Of a DNA stretch of 64,000 nt, positions 1 through 12,608 are shown piece after piece. Below the pieces are notes generated by a model. It saw only the letters and a program-made list of their open reading frames with translations, did not search any database and was not told the origin of the DNA. The position numbers and the translations under genes are program-made. The number at the start of each line of letters is the position of its first letter. The first letter of the stretch is position 1. Location: contig NC_058368.1 of assembly GCF_018350175.1 (NCBI RefSeq), positions 197,472,001 through 197,536,000 on the forward strand. Reading direction: 5' to 3'. Source of the stretch: Felis catus (taxonomy: Eukaryota).

Positions 1-1506
1 AGTGGAGTCCCCTATAGACGCCAGCGGGCAGACATCAACCTTGACTTTCCTTCTTAATTCAGTCATCGAGTGACCTTGGCCAAGTCGTTGTTTCATTATC
101 ACAGGGAATCTGGGTTTACAGCCCTCCTCTCTCCCAGCTCACGGGACTGGGGGGGGGGGGATGGTGGAGGTGGTGTCATAGGCCAACAGGTAGTTGGGGA
201 TGGGACAGCTGGCAAACTGTGTAAGACACAGATGTTAGGTGGGAAAGCGAGCCTCGTTTGGTGTTACCCCTGAGACAGTGGGATCCCTGGGGCGTCTCAA
301 GGCCTGAAGCAAGTCCAGCAAGACAGGGTAAGTGACGCTCCAGGACCTGTGCCCGGGGCTGCTGTCAGACCCTTGTGCTTGTCTTGCTACTTCCCTGGGA
401 AATCCATCACCTCCCCGGCTTTCTCTCAGGGGCCGGCTTTGAGTAAACGATTCAGTGAGGTCACGCCGTCAGAAGGCAAGGCACGCTGGTTTGCTCTGCT
501 TTTCATTGGAGACTCACTTGAAACACTGATGTACTCACTGCTGATGACTTCAGGCATCTTGCCATGAAGGGGGTGGGGGGGGATAGCGGTGGTGAAGAAT
601 GAAGCTGTTTATAAGAGCAGCTTCCCGTTGGTACGAGGAGGCATACAACGTCCTCTAGAGGGACAGGATCCCGCACGCATCACACTGTTTGCTTCTGGCC
701 AGGAGGGCCTGTACGGGGTTTGGAGCAGACGTTACAACAACGGATCGCTCATCTCTAAGTAGAGGCCGCACGGTTGCACAGCCCTGATACGTGCTCAAGT
801 CTGTGCGTGAACCCGTAACTACCCTTCAACTCTGCCCTCCTGGCTCAAGGAGCCCCTCACGGGCTGGGACGGAATCTTGGCTCTGCAGCTTGTAGCTCTG
901 GAGTCTGGGGCGAGTGTTTTCACCTTAGTTTCTCGTTTGCACATCAGGAACAGTAGTGCCTGCCTCCGCCAGTTGTACTCCTACTAAGCGAGATAATGCG
1001 TGCGTGTGTTGAACACAGCACCTGGCCCAGACCAAGCGCTCGCTACGTGGCAACCGCTGCTACCGTTGCGATCCTAGGAATTGGGAAACCGAAGTAGGGA
1101 AAGCGGGGAGATGGGACTCGAACTCTGGCACGTAACCCAGTCGCGTATTTCTCACCATAGCGTAAAATACGCGACCAGCACCTTGGCGGGCAGATTCCGT
1201 CGCCTTGCTTGCTTGAAAGCTGGAACACGGAGCCCACGTTCCCTAACACGGAGTCCCTAAGCTTTTTTGATCATGTGCTCTGTCTGCAGGATAATGGCAA
1301 GTCCTCCTCCATAATGAACTGCATTTCCTTATTTGTAAATTGCATACATGCACCAATACACTATCAAGTACATTATAAAACACATAAAAGTTTGAAAAAG
1401 CTAAAATAAAAGCAAATGTCAAGAGAGGCTCTCCTATTTCCTTCCTTTTTTGGTGACCTCGGTGCTTTGCTGTTGGTGGCACTGGGGGCGGAAGAGAGGC
1501 TCTTTT

Positions 1507-1710
1507 GGGGGTGTCCAGGTGGCTCAGTCAGTTAAGCGTCTGACTCTTAATTTCGGCTCAGGTCATGACCTCATGGTTTGTTAGATCGAGCCCCACGTCA
1601 GGCTCTGTGCTGGCAGTGAGGAACCTGCTTGGGATTCTCTCTCTCCCTCTCTGCCCCTCCCCCGCTCATCCTCTCTCACAAAGCAAATAAATAAGCATTA
1701 AAAAAGAAAA
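1507..1710 (+). mobile_element. Carnivore SINE (SINEC_Fc family)
   Basis: tRNA-like head (A box tggctcagtcagtt), (CT)n and A tail. Confidence 0.92.
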
Positions 1711-1901
1711 GAGAGAGGCTGTTCTGTCGGGCCCCCTGCTGCAAGGATCAAATGAAACAACATCCTTCATAAAGCAGTTATAGGATTTCAGTTACGTTTG
1801 TGATTGTTGTTGGTGAACTCATGTATGTGCACAAGTGATAATAATGACAAGAAAGTCTCCTGAGGGTTATAGTTTAATGGTAACAATAGAGCTACACTTT
1901 G

Positions 1902-2121
1902 TTTTTTTTTTTTTTTAACGTTTATTTATTTTTGAGACAGAGAGAGACAGAGCATGAACGGGGGAGGGTCAGAGAGAGAGAGGGAGACACAGAATCCGAA
2001 ACAGGCTCCAGACTCCGAGCAGTCAGCACAGAGCCCAACGTGGGGCTCGAACTCACGGACCGCGAGATCATGACCCAAGCCGAAGTCGGCCATTCAACCG
2101 ACCGAGCCACCCAGGCACCCC
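1902..2121 (-). mobile_element. SINEC_Fc
   Basis: Full length; TSD gagctacactttg at 1889-1901 and 2124-2136. Confidence 0.95.
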
Positions 2122-3665
2122 TGGAGCTACACTTTGAAGGGTTCAGTCATCAAAACCTTACTGAGAACCTACCACGCACCAAATGCTATTATAAGAATTG
2201 GGGATGAAGGTGAATAAGACACAGTCCCCACCACCCAGCCCCCCGGCATCTGGACTTTGACTAGGGAAGACACACACGGGGAACAAACCCAGTACCATAC
2301 GACAGATGCCGTGAAAAAGTATAAAATCAAGACAAGGAGGAGCAGGGGCTCTCAGGAAACTCCCCGGAAGAAGTGATGTCTGAATACGGTCTGAAAGGAC
2401 AGATGAGTATGAAACAGATGGATGAAGGATGGCTGTTTGGGCTAAAGACACAGAGGTGTGAAATCACCTCCACAGCGAGCACTGATGCACCGTCTGGGAT
2501 GGTTAATGTGGCTGATGCGACTGGACTGGGAAGGCGGCAAGGAGGCCAAAGATGATTCTGGACAGGAGGTCAAGCGCCAAGGCACGGGTCTTGTGTCCCT
2601 GGGTGAAGTTTGGGCTGCAACCCAAGACAAGGGTAGTGCAGTGGCATTTGCGAGCTAGAAGGACCCTTCTGACTGCCCTTTGCACCGAGAGTTGTAAGCA
2701 TGAAGCTGGGAGGCTGGAGACGCCCGGTCTCCAGGAGGCAGAATGGAGCCTGAGCTGAGTATGGAAAGGATGGTGAGGCTGAAGACGCAGTTGGAAATTA
2801 GGAGTCCAGTCTTGACATCCACAGGGCTCCCTCGGCTCCTTCAGTTTCTAACTCCTATAGGAGAGTGCATGGTCACTGTGGCCAGGGTTGTGTGATCCTC
2901 CAGGATTCCTTCTAGGATCGGAGATACGTCTTTCAAGAATCATTTCAGTGAACTTAGGAGAGTCTTGCTGGGCAAAAGCCTAAGGCATTGGCGTCTTCAG
3001 ACCTGGAACTCGGACGCTTTCTCCTCGAGTCTCACCGCCTCTCACAAATAAGGAGCTTCCCTTAATCTCTGGTACCTGGACTCCTCACACCTGCCCTTTT
3101 ATTTTTTGAACTTTGAATTAGAGCACACTCAAAGACTGTCACTGCTGGTTCTGCCCTGCACCGTGTTGACTCTTTGTTCACATGCGAGATGGCAGCAGTC
3201 GTTCCAGCTCCATACAGCGGTCAGGTCCAAGTTCCAAAGTAAAGACAGACACTTCCTCTCCACAGTCAAACAAACAAAAAGCCCCCAGACTGAGTCTTGC
3301 TGGCTCTGATGGCCTGTTCAGGTCACATGCTGGTCCTGGAACCACTCACACAGAAGACAAGCTTACGCCTGGGTGCTATGTCCAACCTGCGGGAAGAGGG
3401 GGAGTGGGTCAGCTGTGTCCGAGTCAAATGGACAAAGAGTGGGGGCAGGTTGATTCTTCGGAAGGAAACGGGGGTAAGATTACCTGGATGGTGAAAAGGT
3501 GCCAGAAAACAAATCCGGCCATTGTCTGCGACACCTGTTGCCCCAAGTCGAAGGCTGGACACGTTGGAATTATCCCTGAGTTTTTGTTGCCCTTCACCCT
3601 CCTCCTCCATTATTTGTGACAGCCCATCAATTTCACACCCTGAAGAGCTTCCTAACCTATTCAAC

Positions 3666-3787
3666 TGAGCATTAATTCCAGCCCAAGTGAGCATTAACTC
3701 AGCCCAAGTGAGCATTAACCCATCCTTCCAGCCCAAGTGAGCATTAACTCATCCTTCCAGCCCAAGTGAGCATTAACTCATCCTTCA
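3666..3787. repeat. Minisatellite, 5 units built on TGAGCATTAA...CAGCCCAAG
   Basis: TGAGCATTAA at 3666, 3688, 3709, 3738 and 3767 (periods 22, 21, 29, 29). Confidence 0.95.
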
Positions 3788-4102
3788 ACTCCTGAAATAT
3801 TTCCTTACGCCCTCTGCCTTTTCTCTAAACTCTAACAATAACAGCAATAATAACTAACACTTGTTGAGGACTTACTGAATACCCGGCACTGGCAAAGCAC
3901 TGTGCTTTCACTCTCTCATTCGGTTCTCAGAACAACTCTGTGAAGTAAATAACTGTGATCGTCCCCATTTCTTAATACTCCAAACTCTTCTCTGCCTTCC
4001 CATTTCCCTACACTCCTGGTATCTATTATGATGTAATAAGCTACTCCCCAACAGAATGCTCTTGAAAACAATACAGCCATTTGTTTACATTAAGAGTCTA
4101 CA

Positions 4103-4543
4103 GGGGCACCTCTGGGCACCTGGCTGGCTCAGTCGGTTAAGCATCCGACTCAGGTCATGATCTCCTGGTCTAGGGAGTTGGAGCCCCGTGTCAGGCTCTG
4201 TGCTGACAGCTCAGAGCTTGGAGCTTGCTTCGGATTCTTGTCTCCCTCTCTCTCTGCCCCTCCCCTGCTCACATTCTGTCTCTCTCTCTCTCTCAAAATA
4301 ATAAACATTAAAAAAAATTAAAAAAAAAAAAAAAGAAACTATATGGGCACCTGGGTGGCTCAGTCAGTTAAGCATCAGACTTTGGCTCAGGTCATGATCT
4401 CAGGTTCATGAGTTCGAGCCCTTCATTGGGCTCTGTGCTGACAGCTCAGAGCCTGGAGCCTGCTTCAGATCCTGGGTCTCCCTCTCTCTCTGCCCCTCCC
4501 CTACTTATGCTCTCTCTCTCTCAAAAATAAATAAACATTGAAA
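4103..4543 (+). mobile_element. Two tandem SINEC elements (4103-4333 and 4345-4543)
   Basis: Two heads and two tails; the first has a duplicated 5' gggcacct. Confidence 0.93.
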
Positions 4544-4924
4544 AGATGAGCAGGGCTCATCGGGGAGGGCTTATCACTGTTCCTTGTAACCTCAGCGACA
4601 GTGGCTTGACTAGGGGATGGAGAATCTACTTCAAGAAGGCTCACACTTACAGCTGGCAAGTTAGTGCTGGCTATCACCTACAAGCTCAGCTGGGGCCAAG
4701 GGTCATGGACCTCAGTTCCTGTCCGTATGGCCTCTCCATGCGGGCCTCTCCATAGTCTGCTTGGGCTTCCTCACAACGTGGTGGCTGGGTTCTAAAAGTG
4801 TCCCCAGAGACAAGAAGTGGAAGGTGGCATTTCTTAAGACCTGACCCCAGGATCTAGCACAGCATCAGAGAGCCCAGATTCAAGGTGAGTGACCTAGAGC
4901 TCCCTTCAATGGGAACAGTATCAA

Positions 4925-5128
4925 TGTTTTTTTATTTATTTTGGGGACAGAGAGAGACAGAGCATGAACGGGGGAGGGGCAGAGAGAGAGGGAGACACAG
5001 AATCGGAAACAGGCTCCAGGCTCCGAGCCATCAGCCCAGAGCCCGACACGGGGCTCGAACTCACGGACCGCGAGATCGTGACCTGGCTGAAGTCGGACGC
5101 TTAACCGACTGCGCCACCCAGGCGCCCC
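4925..5128 (-). mobile_element. SINEC_Fc lacking a polyA tail
   Basis: 17-bp TSD aatgggaacagtatcaa at 4908-4924 and 5129-5145. Confidence 0.95.
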
Positions 5129-6755
5129 AATGGGAACAGTATCAAAGAGCTCTTCGGTCAAGTTTTAGAAGTGCTGCGTCCTAACTATAAAAATCCATAA
5201 AGGGAACTAAAGGTCTTTCTGTGATTTGGTACTTATTAACCAATCCTTTTTCTCATTTCATGACAATAGCTGTCTGTGTAGAATGGCTTTCTTTCAGTCC
5301 CTGCAACGTACTATGTTCTCTCACTTCAGGGCTATTGCACCTGCTACTGCCCCCCCCCCCAGAATGCTTTCCCCATATTTACTCGATTTCCTAGTTTCAG
5401 AGCTCCGCCTAAAAGACCTCTCCCAGGACTAGTTGAGGTTAAGCTCGTCTGTTTTAAGCTCTCATACAATTCCCGGCTCACAGTAGGTGGCCCAGAGGTA
5501 TATTGTGAAAAAAAAAAGAAATGATTGAGTGGATGAGAAAATTCACTACCCCTTCAGTCTGAAACTCCTTTCCCGTCACCATGTCTTCTCATGAGGCCCC
5601 CCAGCCCCACTCAACGCCTACTTTCTGGGTGGATGGGCTACATATCCTGTAGCATTTCGACTCTTCCTAAAATTCCCTCTTTTCCAGGAAGGTGATCATT
5701 TTCCCTAGAATCCACTCAGGATAAGCACTCAGATTTCAGGACTCACTGAACCCATTGCTTGTATGAATGGAAAGTCTTGAGGGCTTGTTTTTATGGAACC
5801 TTTGTCTAACGGTCAGAATGTCCCTATCAGTATTGTCACTATGTACTTTGAAGCCCCTGGAAGGCAGGCACGATCTCTCTGACTCATTCTCCTCTATATT
5901 CTTAGAAAACAGGAAACAGATGGCCTAAGGACCAGTAGAGGGAAGCTGAATTTTAATAGGCAGAGGGTACAAAATGAGCAAAGATTGAGTGAGCTGGGTG
6001 TGCTCTCTGTCATCCGGTGGGGACAATTTGGCTCTCACCAGGCCATGACTTGGGGTCCATTTCCGGTCAGGGAAAGAGACAGATCTTATAATGGAAAACA
6101 CACTGGACTGCAAGCCAGAGTTCTGGTTTACCATCACTGGAGCTGTCGCTTAGCCTGTCTGAGAATCATCTCCTTACCCGTAAAGCAAGGGCGCTTAGAC
6201 AAGAGGGTGACTAAGGCTGCTCTTGTTACGGTGGTGGTGATTCTGATAGCGGTCCAGTTATCAGACACAAGTCCGGCTTTGCTTCTTTTGATCTCTGTGA
6301 ACTTGGGTAGATTACTTCACCTCTTTTTGTCTTACTTTTGTCGTCTATAGTCTGGGGATAATAGTTTTTCCCTCATAAAGCTGTTTTGAGCATTCAAGTG
6401 AGACAAACTATTCAAAGTTACGGTTAGCACCTGATTAATTAATTAAACAAATGGTTATTGAGAGCTGTTTACAAGAGCAGGTGGAGTGGAGTGGTTATAA
6501 TCTTGACTTTGGAGTCAGATAAGACATGCAGTAAATACTAGTTTCATCATTTATGAACTATGTGACCTTGGGCAAATGACATCCTTTCTGAACTTCAGCG
6601 TTCTCTAGGATGATGGTAAGAGATGAGAACTTGATCCCTTGCCGTGACCGTCATTGTCATGATTCAATAAGATGTAATATATAAAATGTTTACCATGGTG
6701 CCCAGTGTATGATATATGTCCAATGGATACAAGCCATTTTTAAAATTATGATGAC

Positions 6756-6968
6756 GGGGGCGCCTGGGTGGCGCAGTCGGTTAAGCGTCCGACTTCAGCC
6801 AGGTCACGATCTCGCGGTCCGTGAGTTCGAGCCCCGCGTCGGGCTCTGGGCTGATGGCTCGGAGCCTGGAGCCTGTTTCTGATTCTGTGTCTCCCTCTCT
6901 CTCTGCCCCTCCCCCGTTCATGCTCTGTCTCTCTCTGTCCCAAAAATAAATAAACGTTGAAAAAAAAT
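6756..6968 (+). mobile_element. Young SINEC_Fc
   Basis: CpG-intact; TSD taaaattatgatgac at 6741-6755 and 6969-6983. Confidence 0.95.
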
Positions 6969-9535
6969 TAAAATTATGATGACAAATAATCACTCTTCTT
7001 CAGGGAATAACCCACATATCAGTTTGATTGGTATACAGAGTCAACGTGTAGATGAATGCTGGGAGATGTTTAGGAAGATAGCCTGGGATCATATGCAATG
7101 ATTCTTGAATGCCCAGATGAGGATTTTGGATTTTATTCCACTGGCAATGATAAACCACCAAAGGATTTCAGGTTTTCAAAAAGATAACTCCAACGTAAAA
7201 TATAGAAGATATTGAAGAGAAGACACAGTGGAAATGAAGAGACACCATTCATTCATTGATTCATTCTGTCAATCATCCGACAATTACAGAGCTCCTACCT
7301 GTCAGGCACTAGTTGGTGAGAATGCAGAGAAAGACGGATAGTTAAATAACGCCTCAAGTACAACCAGGGCTGCAACGGAGAAGCATCTAACTCAGATTTT
7401 TTGAGGTAGCCAAAGATTTTTCCAGAAAGAAGTGATATTTCAATGGATACCTGAAGTGAAAAGGAGAGACAAAGAGCATCACAGGCAGAAGTATCAAGGG
7501 CAAAGGAGGTACTGGCCAGAGAGAGCAAGGCGAGTGGAGAACCTCAAAGATGTTCGGCCTTTACGACAAAAGGCAAGCAGAACTGGGGTGATGAGCACAG
7601 AGACAGAGAAGGGGGGATGAATGTGTGTATCATCGTGGGGATACAAGCTACAGAATCTGATGACACCTGGGCATGTGGGAGACAGACGAGGAGTCAGCGG
7701 GGACTGTAATGTGACATCCTTTCCCACAGCAGTGAACCCTGACTCCCACTTGTCCTCTGCTTCTCTAGGGTGTCGTTTGGATTTTGCTGTGTCGAGTTTG
7801 TTTAGTTGGGAACTACATTTGGTTCCCTTTTTGGTCTTGGGCCAGAGTTGTGCAAAAGAGGCACTTGTACGAGACTTGGAAGGTGGAAGTGAAGCAGTAA
7901 CCATTATCACGTTATTAGAGGCGCAGAGGTACCTGGGAAGGCTAAATGCATCCAACTCTTCCTCCTGACAACCAGCGGCTCCCAGGCGCGCCCCCTCATC
8001 CTTGGACCCCTGGAGGCCGTACGTCTGAGACGTCATGGCTTCCCACAGACCTCTTGATGCACCACCCCTTTGTGAGCCCCCTTTGGTGGCTGGGTGTCCT
8101 TGATGTTCAGATTCTCTGTGACTCCATTTTTGATCCTTCAAGTATGCCTCCGAGACTTTTACTTCCCCAGCTTTTCCCATAACTGGGTAAGGTCCAATTC
8201 TGATAATAACCCTCTTGTTCCATAATACTTACAACGAATCTACCCCCCAACAGAACCCTGACGGATGCAGGCTCATAAAGTCCTAAGTTGGATTTCACTT
8301 ATTTCTGCCCGATTCTGATGTACTCGGGCAGCCAAGGGTGGACAGATACTGGTGTTTCATCCCTTTCCAAAGAGGCACAGATCATAATCTCACGTAGTTT
8401 AGAACCACCACCACCACCAGCAACAAAAGATATTTGTTTGAGGCCCTGACTTTTCTCCCCTCCCTTAAGTCAGTAGACCAAAACAGAGGGAATGAGAAGC
8501 CAGATACCTAAGCAATAACAGAAGAAAAAGGGAGAGGAGGAAGGATGTTCCAAGAAGGGGGTCCAGGCTGTGCAAAGCTCCGGAGGTCACCACTCCTCTT
8601 TGTGGAAGTTAAACGAGATAGCACGAAGGCACTCAGTAAACGGTATTAAGCGGTGCAGCTACGAAATCAAATTGGGAGGACCATTGATCAAAAAGACTTT
8701 CTGCCTTCTGCTTTTCAGCAGGCCTCTGGGATCTCCAGCTCACTGCTGTGCTCCAGCTATCAGACAACTAGAATTTCAAAGAACATAATTATGTGGTTAG
8801 CGCCAGCAGGGCCTAGAGCACTTGGCTCAGAGAAAGCCATTGTCTGCTGCTGAGCCACGAGGAAAAAGGAACTGAGAGTACCTAAAGACCAGTTTGTTCT
8901 CCTTTCATGCCAGGACTTTTCTGGAATGAAGGTGTCCTGGCAACCTCAGAATTACTTCACCTTTCCTGTCCTCGACCCTTTCAATTTATTTTTTTTTTCT
9001 CCTTTGTCCCCAGGGCAAGTCAGGGAGAAACACAGCCGAAGGATCTTGACTCCAGCACTTACTGGCTGTGCGAATGTGGACAAATGATGTCATTTCTCTG
9101 CATCTCAGTTTCTGCATCTGCGCAATGGGGATTAGGATTTACTTCCTGAGGTGGTTGTGAGGGCTAAGGAAGCTGTCTGTGTCAGGTCTTTAAAACAGTG
9201 TGCAGGACACAGAGAGTGATCAGCAAATGTGGGCTGACATTGTCATAAGAAGAATACATTTTATTATTACTATGGAATCAGAAGGTCAATTGCAGCTTCC
9301 TTAGTGTCCAAAGCAAATGTTGCGATATGCTCCATAATCTTTATTTCTGGCATTTTCTTCTTAGGGAAATCGAGTGACTTAGAAGCTCGGTGGTTCCCGA
9401 CGAGCAGTGGCATCGCTTAGTAATTCTAGCTCTGCCTCCTGCGGCTGCTTTTTAACCCAGTGGGCCTCAGTTTCCTTATCCGCAAAATGGGTCCCATAAT
9501 AGAATCTATTTTACAGAATTGTGGGTTTCTTCATT

Positions 9536-9728
9536 TATTTTTGAGACAGAGAGAGACAGAGCATGAATGGGGGAGGGGCAGAGAGAGAGGGAGACACAGA
9601 ACTGGAAGCAGGCTCCAGGCTCTGAGCCATCAGCCCAGAGCCCGACGCGGGGCTCGAACTCATGGACTGTGAGATCGTGACCTGAGCTGAAGTCGGACGC
9701 TTAACCGACAGACCCACCCAGGCGCCCC
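9536..9728 (-). mobile_element. SINEC_Fc lacking a polyA tail
   Basis: TSD gtg(g/t)gtttcttcatt at 9521-9535 and 9729-9743. Confidence 0.93.
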
Positions 9729-10275
9729 GTGTGTTTCTTCATTGAAATAGGGATTAAATGACATTCAATTCATTATTTGTATAATTGGTTGTTTAAAATC
9801 TATATTTTTTATTTGAATATAAGCTGTATTTTTTTTATTTGAATTTAAGCTGTATATATAAAGCTGAATTAAAGCTGTACAAAGCTGTATAAAGGGACTA
9901 CGTCTACGACTGAATCCCCACTATTCTTGCGAAGGTAGCCCCTCAATAAAAAGGCATTGAATAAATTACTAAATGTGATTTTGTATTTTGATTATTAAAA
10001 AATTACCATTATCTTACATTTCCCATGAAATACAGTATTTCTTTATCAATTGTCTTCTATTGGTCGCTAAATAGTCTATTGCATAAATGTCTCAGAGATG
10101 GTTTAACTTTTCATTTGTTGCCGGATATTAAGGGTATTTCAATTCTTCATTATCTTAAATAACATTGTGACAGAATTCTGGCATGTAATGTTAAGTCTGT
10201 ATCTTAGATTATTTCCTTAAAGTCCTTTTCTAGAAGTGGAATCCTGTTAACATCTTCTATTGAGAATGTTCTAGA

Positions 10276-10735
10276 GGGGCGCCTGGGTGGCTCAGTCGGT
10301 TGAGCGTCCGACTTCAGCCAGGTCACGATCTTGCGGTCGGTGAGTTCGAGCCCCGCGTCCCGCTCTGGGCTGATGGCTCAGAGCCTGGAGCCTGTTTCCA
10401 ATTCTGTGTCTCCCTCTCTCTCTGCCCCTCCCCCGTTCATGCTGTGTCTCTCTCTGTCTCAAAAATAAATAAACGTTGGGGCGCCTGGGTGGCGCAGTCG
10501 GTTAAGCGTCCGACTTCAGCCAGGTCACCATCTCAGGGTCCGTGAGTTCGAGCCCCGCCTCAGGCTCTGGGCTGATGGCTCTGAGCTTGGAGCCTGTTTC
10601 CGATTCTGTGTCTTCCTCTCTCTCTGCCCCTCCCCCGTTCATGCTCTGTCTCTCTCTGTCCCAAAAATAAATAAACGTTGAAAAAAAAATTAAAAATAAA
10701 TAAACGTTAAAAAAATTAAAAAAAAAAAAAAAGAA
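10276..10735 (+). mobile_element. Nested SINEC pair (inner copy 10478-10691)
   Basis: Inner TSD aaaaataaataaacgtt; outer TSD aatgttctaga. Confidence 0.95.
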
Positions 10736-10950
10736 AATGTTCTAGAACTGTCTACTTTATTTCCCTTCACTGCTTGTAGAACATTCACCCTTATTGTTCT
10801 GTGATTTTTTCTTTCTCTCTGATGGCTTTGAGATAAATAACACCCAAGCCCCGAGGCTTAGCCTTACTCACCTCTCCTGCCCTTCATGCTAAGAGTACAT
10901 GTTCTTGCACCTACACTGGGAGTTGTTACCAACATTTAAACCTCTGTCTT

Positions 10951-12145
10951 TTTTTCCCACGTTTTATTTATTTATTTTTATCATGACAATTGTACTCTTT
11001 AATCCCCATCACCCATTTCCCCCATCCATCACCCCCTTCCCTTTGGTAACCATCAGTTTGTTCTCTGTAGTTAAGAGTCTGTTTCTTGGTGTCCTTCGTC
11101 TCGCTCTCTTTTCCCCCTTTGCTCATTTGTTTTGTCTCTTAAATTCCACACATGAGTGAAATCAGATGGTAGTTGTCTTTCTCTGACGGACTCATTTCGC
11201 TTAGCATTATGCTCTCTAGTTCTATCCATGTTGTTGCAAACGGCAACATTTTATTCTCACCATTTTTTTTTTTTTTTTGCGGCTGAATAATATTCCATGT
11301 ATATACCACATCTTCTTTATCCATTCATCCATCTATGGACACTTACGTTGTTTCCATTTCTTGGCTATTGTAGATAACGCTGCAATAAACATAGGAGTCC
11401 GGGTATCCCTTTGAATCAGTGTTTTGTGTGCTTTGGGTAAATACCCAGTTGTGTGATTACTGGATTGTAGGGTAGTTCTATTTTTAATTTGTTTAGAAAC
11501 TTCCATACTGCTTTCCACAGTGACTGCACCAGTTTGCATTCCCACCGTCCGTGCACAAGCGTTCCCTTTTCTCCACATCCTCACCAACACTTATTTCTTG
11601 TGGTTTTGATTTTAGCCATTCTGATGGGTGTGAGGTGATATCTCATTATAGCTTTTATTTGCATTGTCCTGGTGTTGAGCATCTTTTCATGTGTCTGTTG
11701 GCCATCTGGATGTCTTCTTTGGAGAAATTCCTGTTCATGTCTTCTGCCCATTTTTTAAATTGGACTATTTGTTTTTTGGGTGTTGAGTTGTGTAAGTTCT
11801 TTATATATTTTGGATACTAGCCCTTTATCAGATATGGCATTTGCAAATATTTTCTCCCATTCAGTAAGTTGTCTTTTAGTTCTGTTGATTGTTTCCTTTT
11901 CTGTGAAGACGATTTTTATTTTGATGTAGTCCCAATGGTTTATTTTTGCTTTTGTTTCCTTTGTCTCTGGAGACCTACCTAGAAAAATATCGTTATGATC
12001 GACGTCAGAGAAGTTACTGCCTATGTTCTCTTCAAGGGTTTTTATAGTTTCAGGCCCCACATTTATGTCTTTAATCCATTTGGGGTTTATTTTTGCATAT
12101 CATGGAAGAAATTGGTCCAATTTCATTCTTTTGCATATGGCTGTC
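10951..12145 (-). mobile_element. 5'-truncated, degenerate LINE-1 (ORF2 C-terminus plus 3'UTR)
   Basis: Fragmented ORFs match L1 ORF2 ([65 protein letters not shown]). It has frameshifts and a T-rich tail at the left end. Confidence 0.93.
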
Positions 12146-12608
12146 TTAAGGAAGAAAAAAGATAAAACTCTTTGAAAAAATAACAAAAATGTATTTGTGA
12201 TATATTGTGGGTCAGTAAGGGATAAAAATCACGAAAAGAAGGGAAGGAGAGAAAGGGGAGAGAGTGAGACAAAGAAGGAAAACTAGAAAGAGAAAGAGAG
12301 AAAGAAAAGGGAATGACAAGATGAGAAATGACCAGAAATAATGTTTGAGGAAAAGAAGAATAATTAGAGAACCAGAAAGGGGGGGAAAAAACAGAAAAAA
12401 AAAAGTCCTGCTGTAGCAAAATACACATCTGGGCTTTGTACATCCCTGTAGTTTACATTTTGTCTGGCAATTTCTCAGAGATTTGAAGAAGCTATTGTGA
12501 TTCCATAAGAGTAGTTTTTATTTTTATTTTGCTTTTCCTCAGGGTAAATTTACCTAGTTCTGTCTATTGTCTTTCTGGGGACATAGCTTCCATATGTCCA
12601 TTCCCCTT

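Larger units (their letters stand above)
4025..5190. mobile_element. MLT1 (ERVL-MaLR) solo LTR relic interrupted by three SINEs
   Basis: Typical MLT1 motifs (ctacttcaagaaggctcac..gctggcaagttagtgctggct; gggcttcctcacaac..tggtggctgggttc; cccagattcaagg). Boundaries are approximate. Confidence 0.65.

Noticed and set aside
3666..3787. CRISPR-like appearance of short direct repeats
   Set aside because: There are no unique spacers and no cas genes, and the context is mammalian; it is a minisatellite.
7494..8180. 228-aa minus-strand ORF
   Set aside because: No recognisable homology or coding-like composition; it overlaps an L2-like relic.
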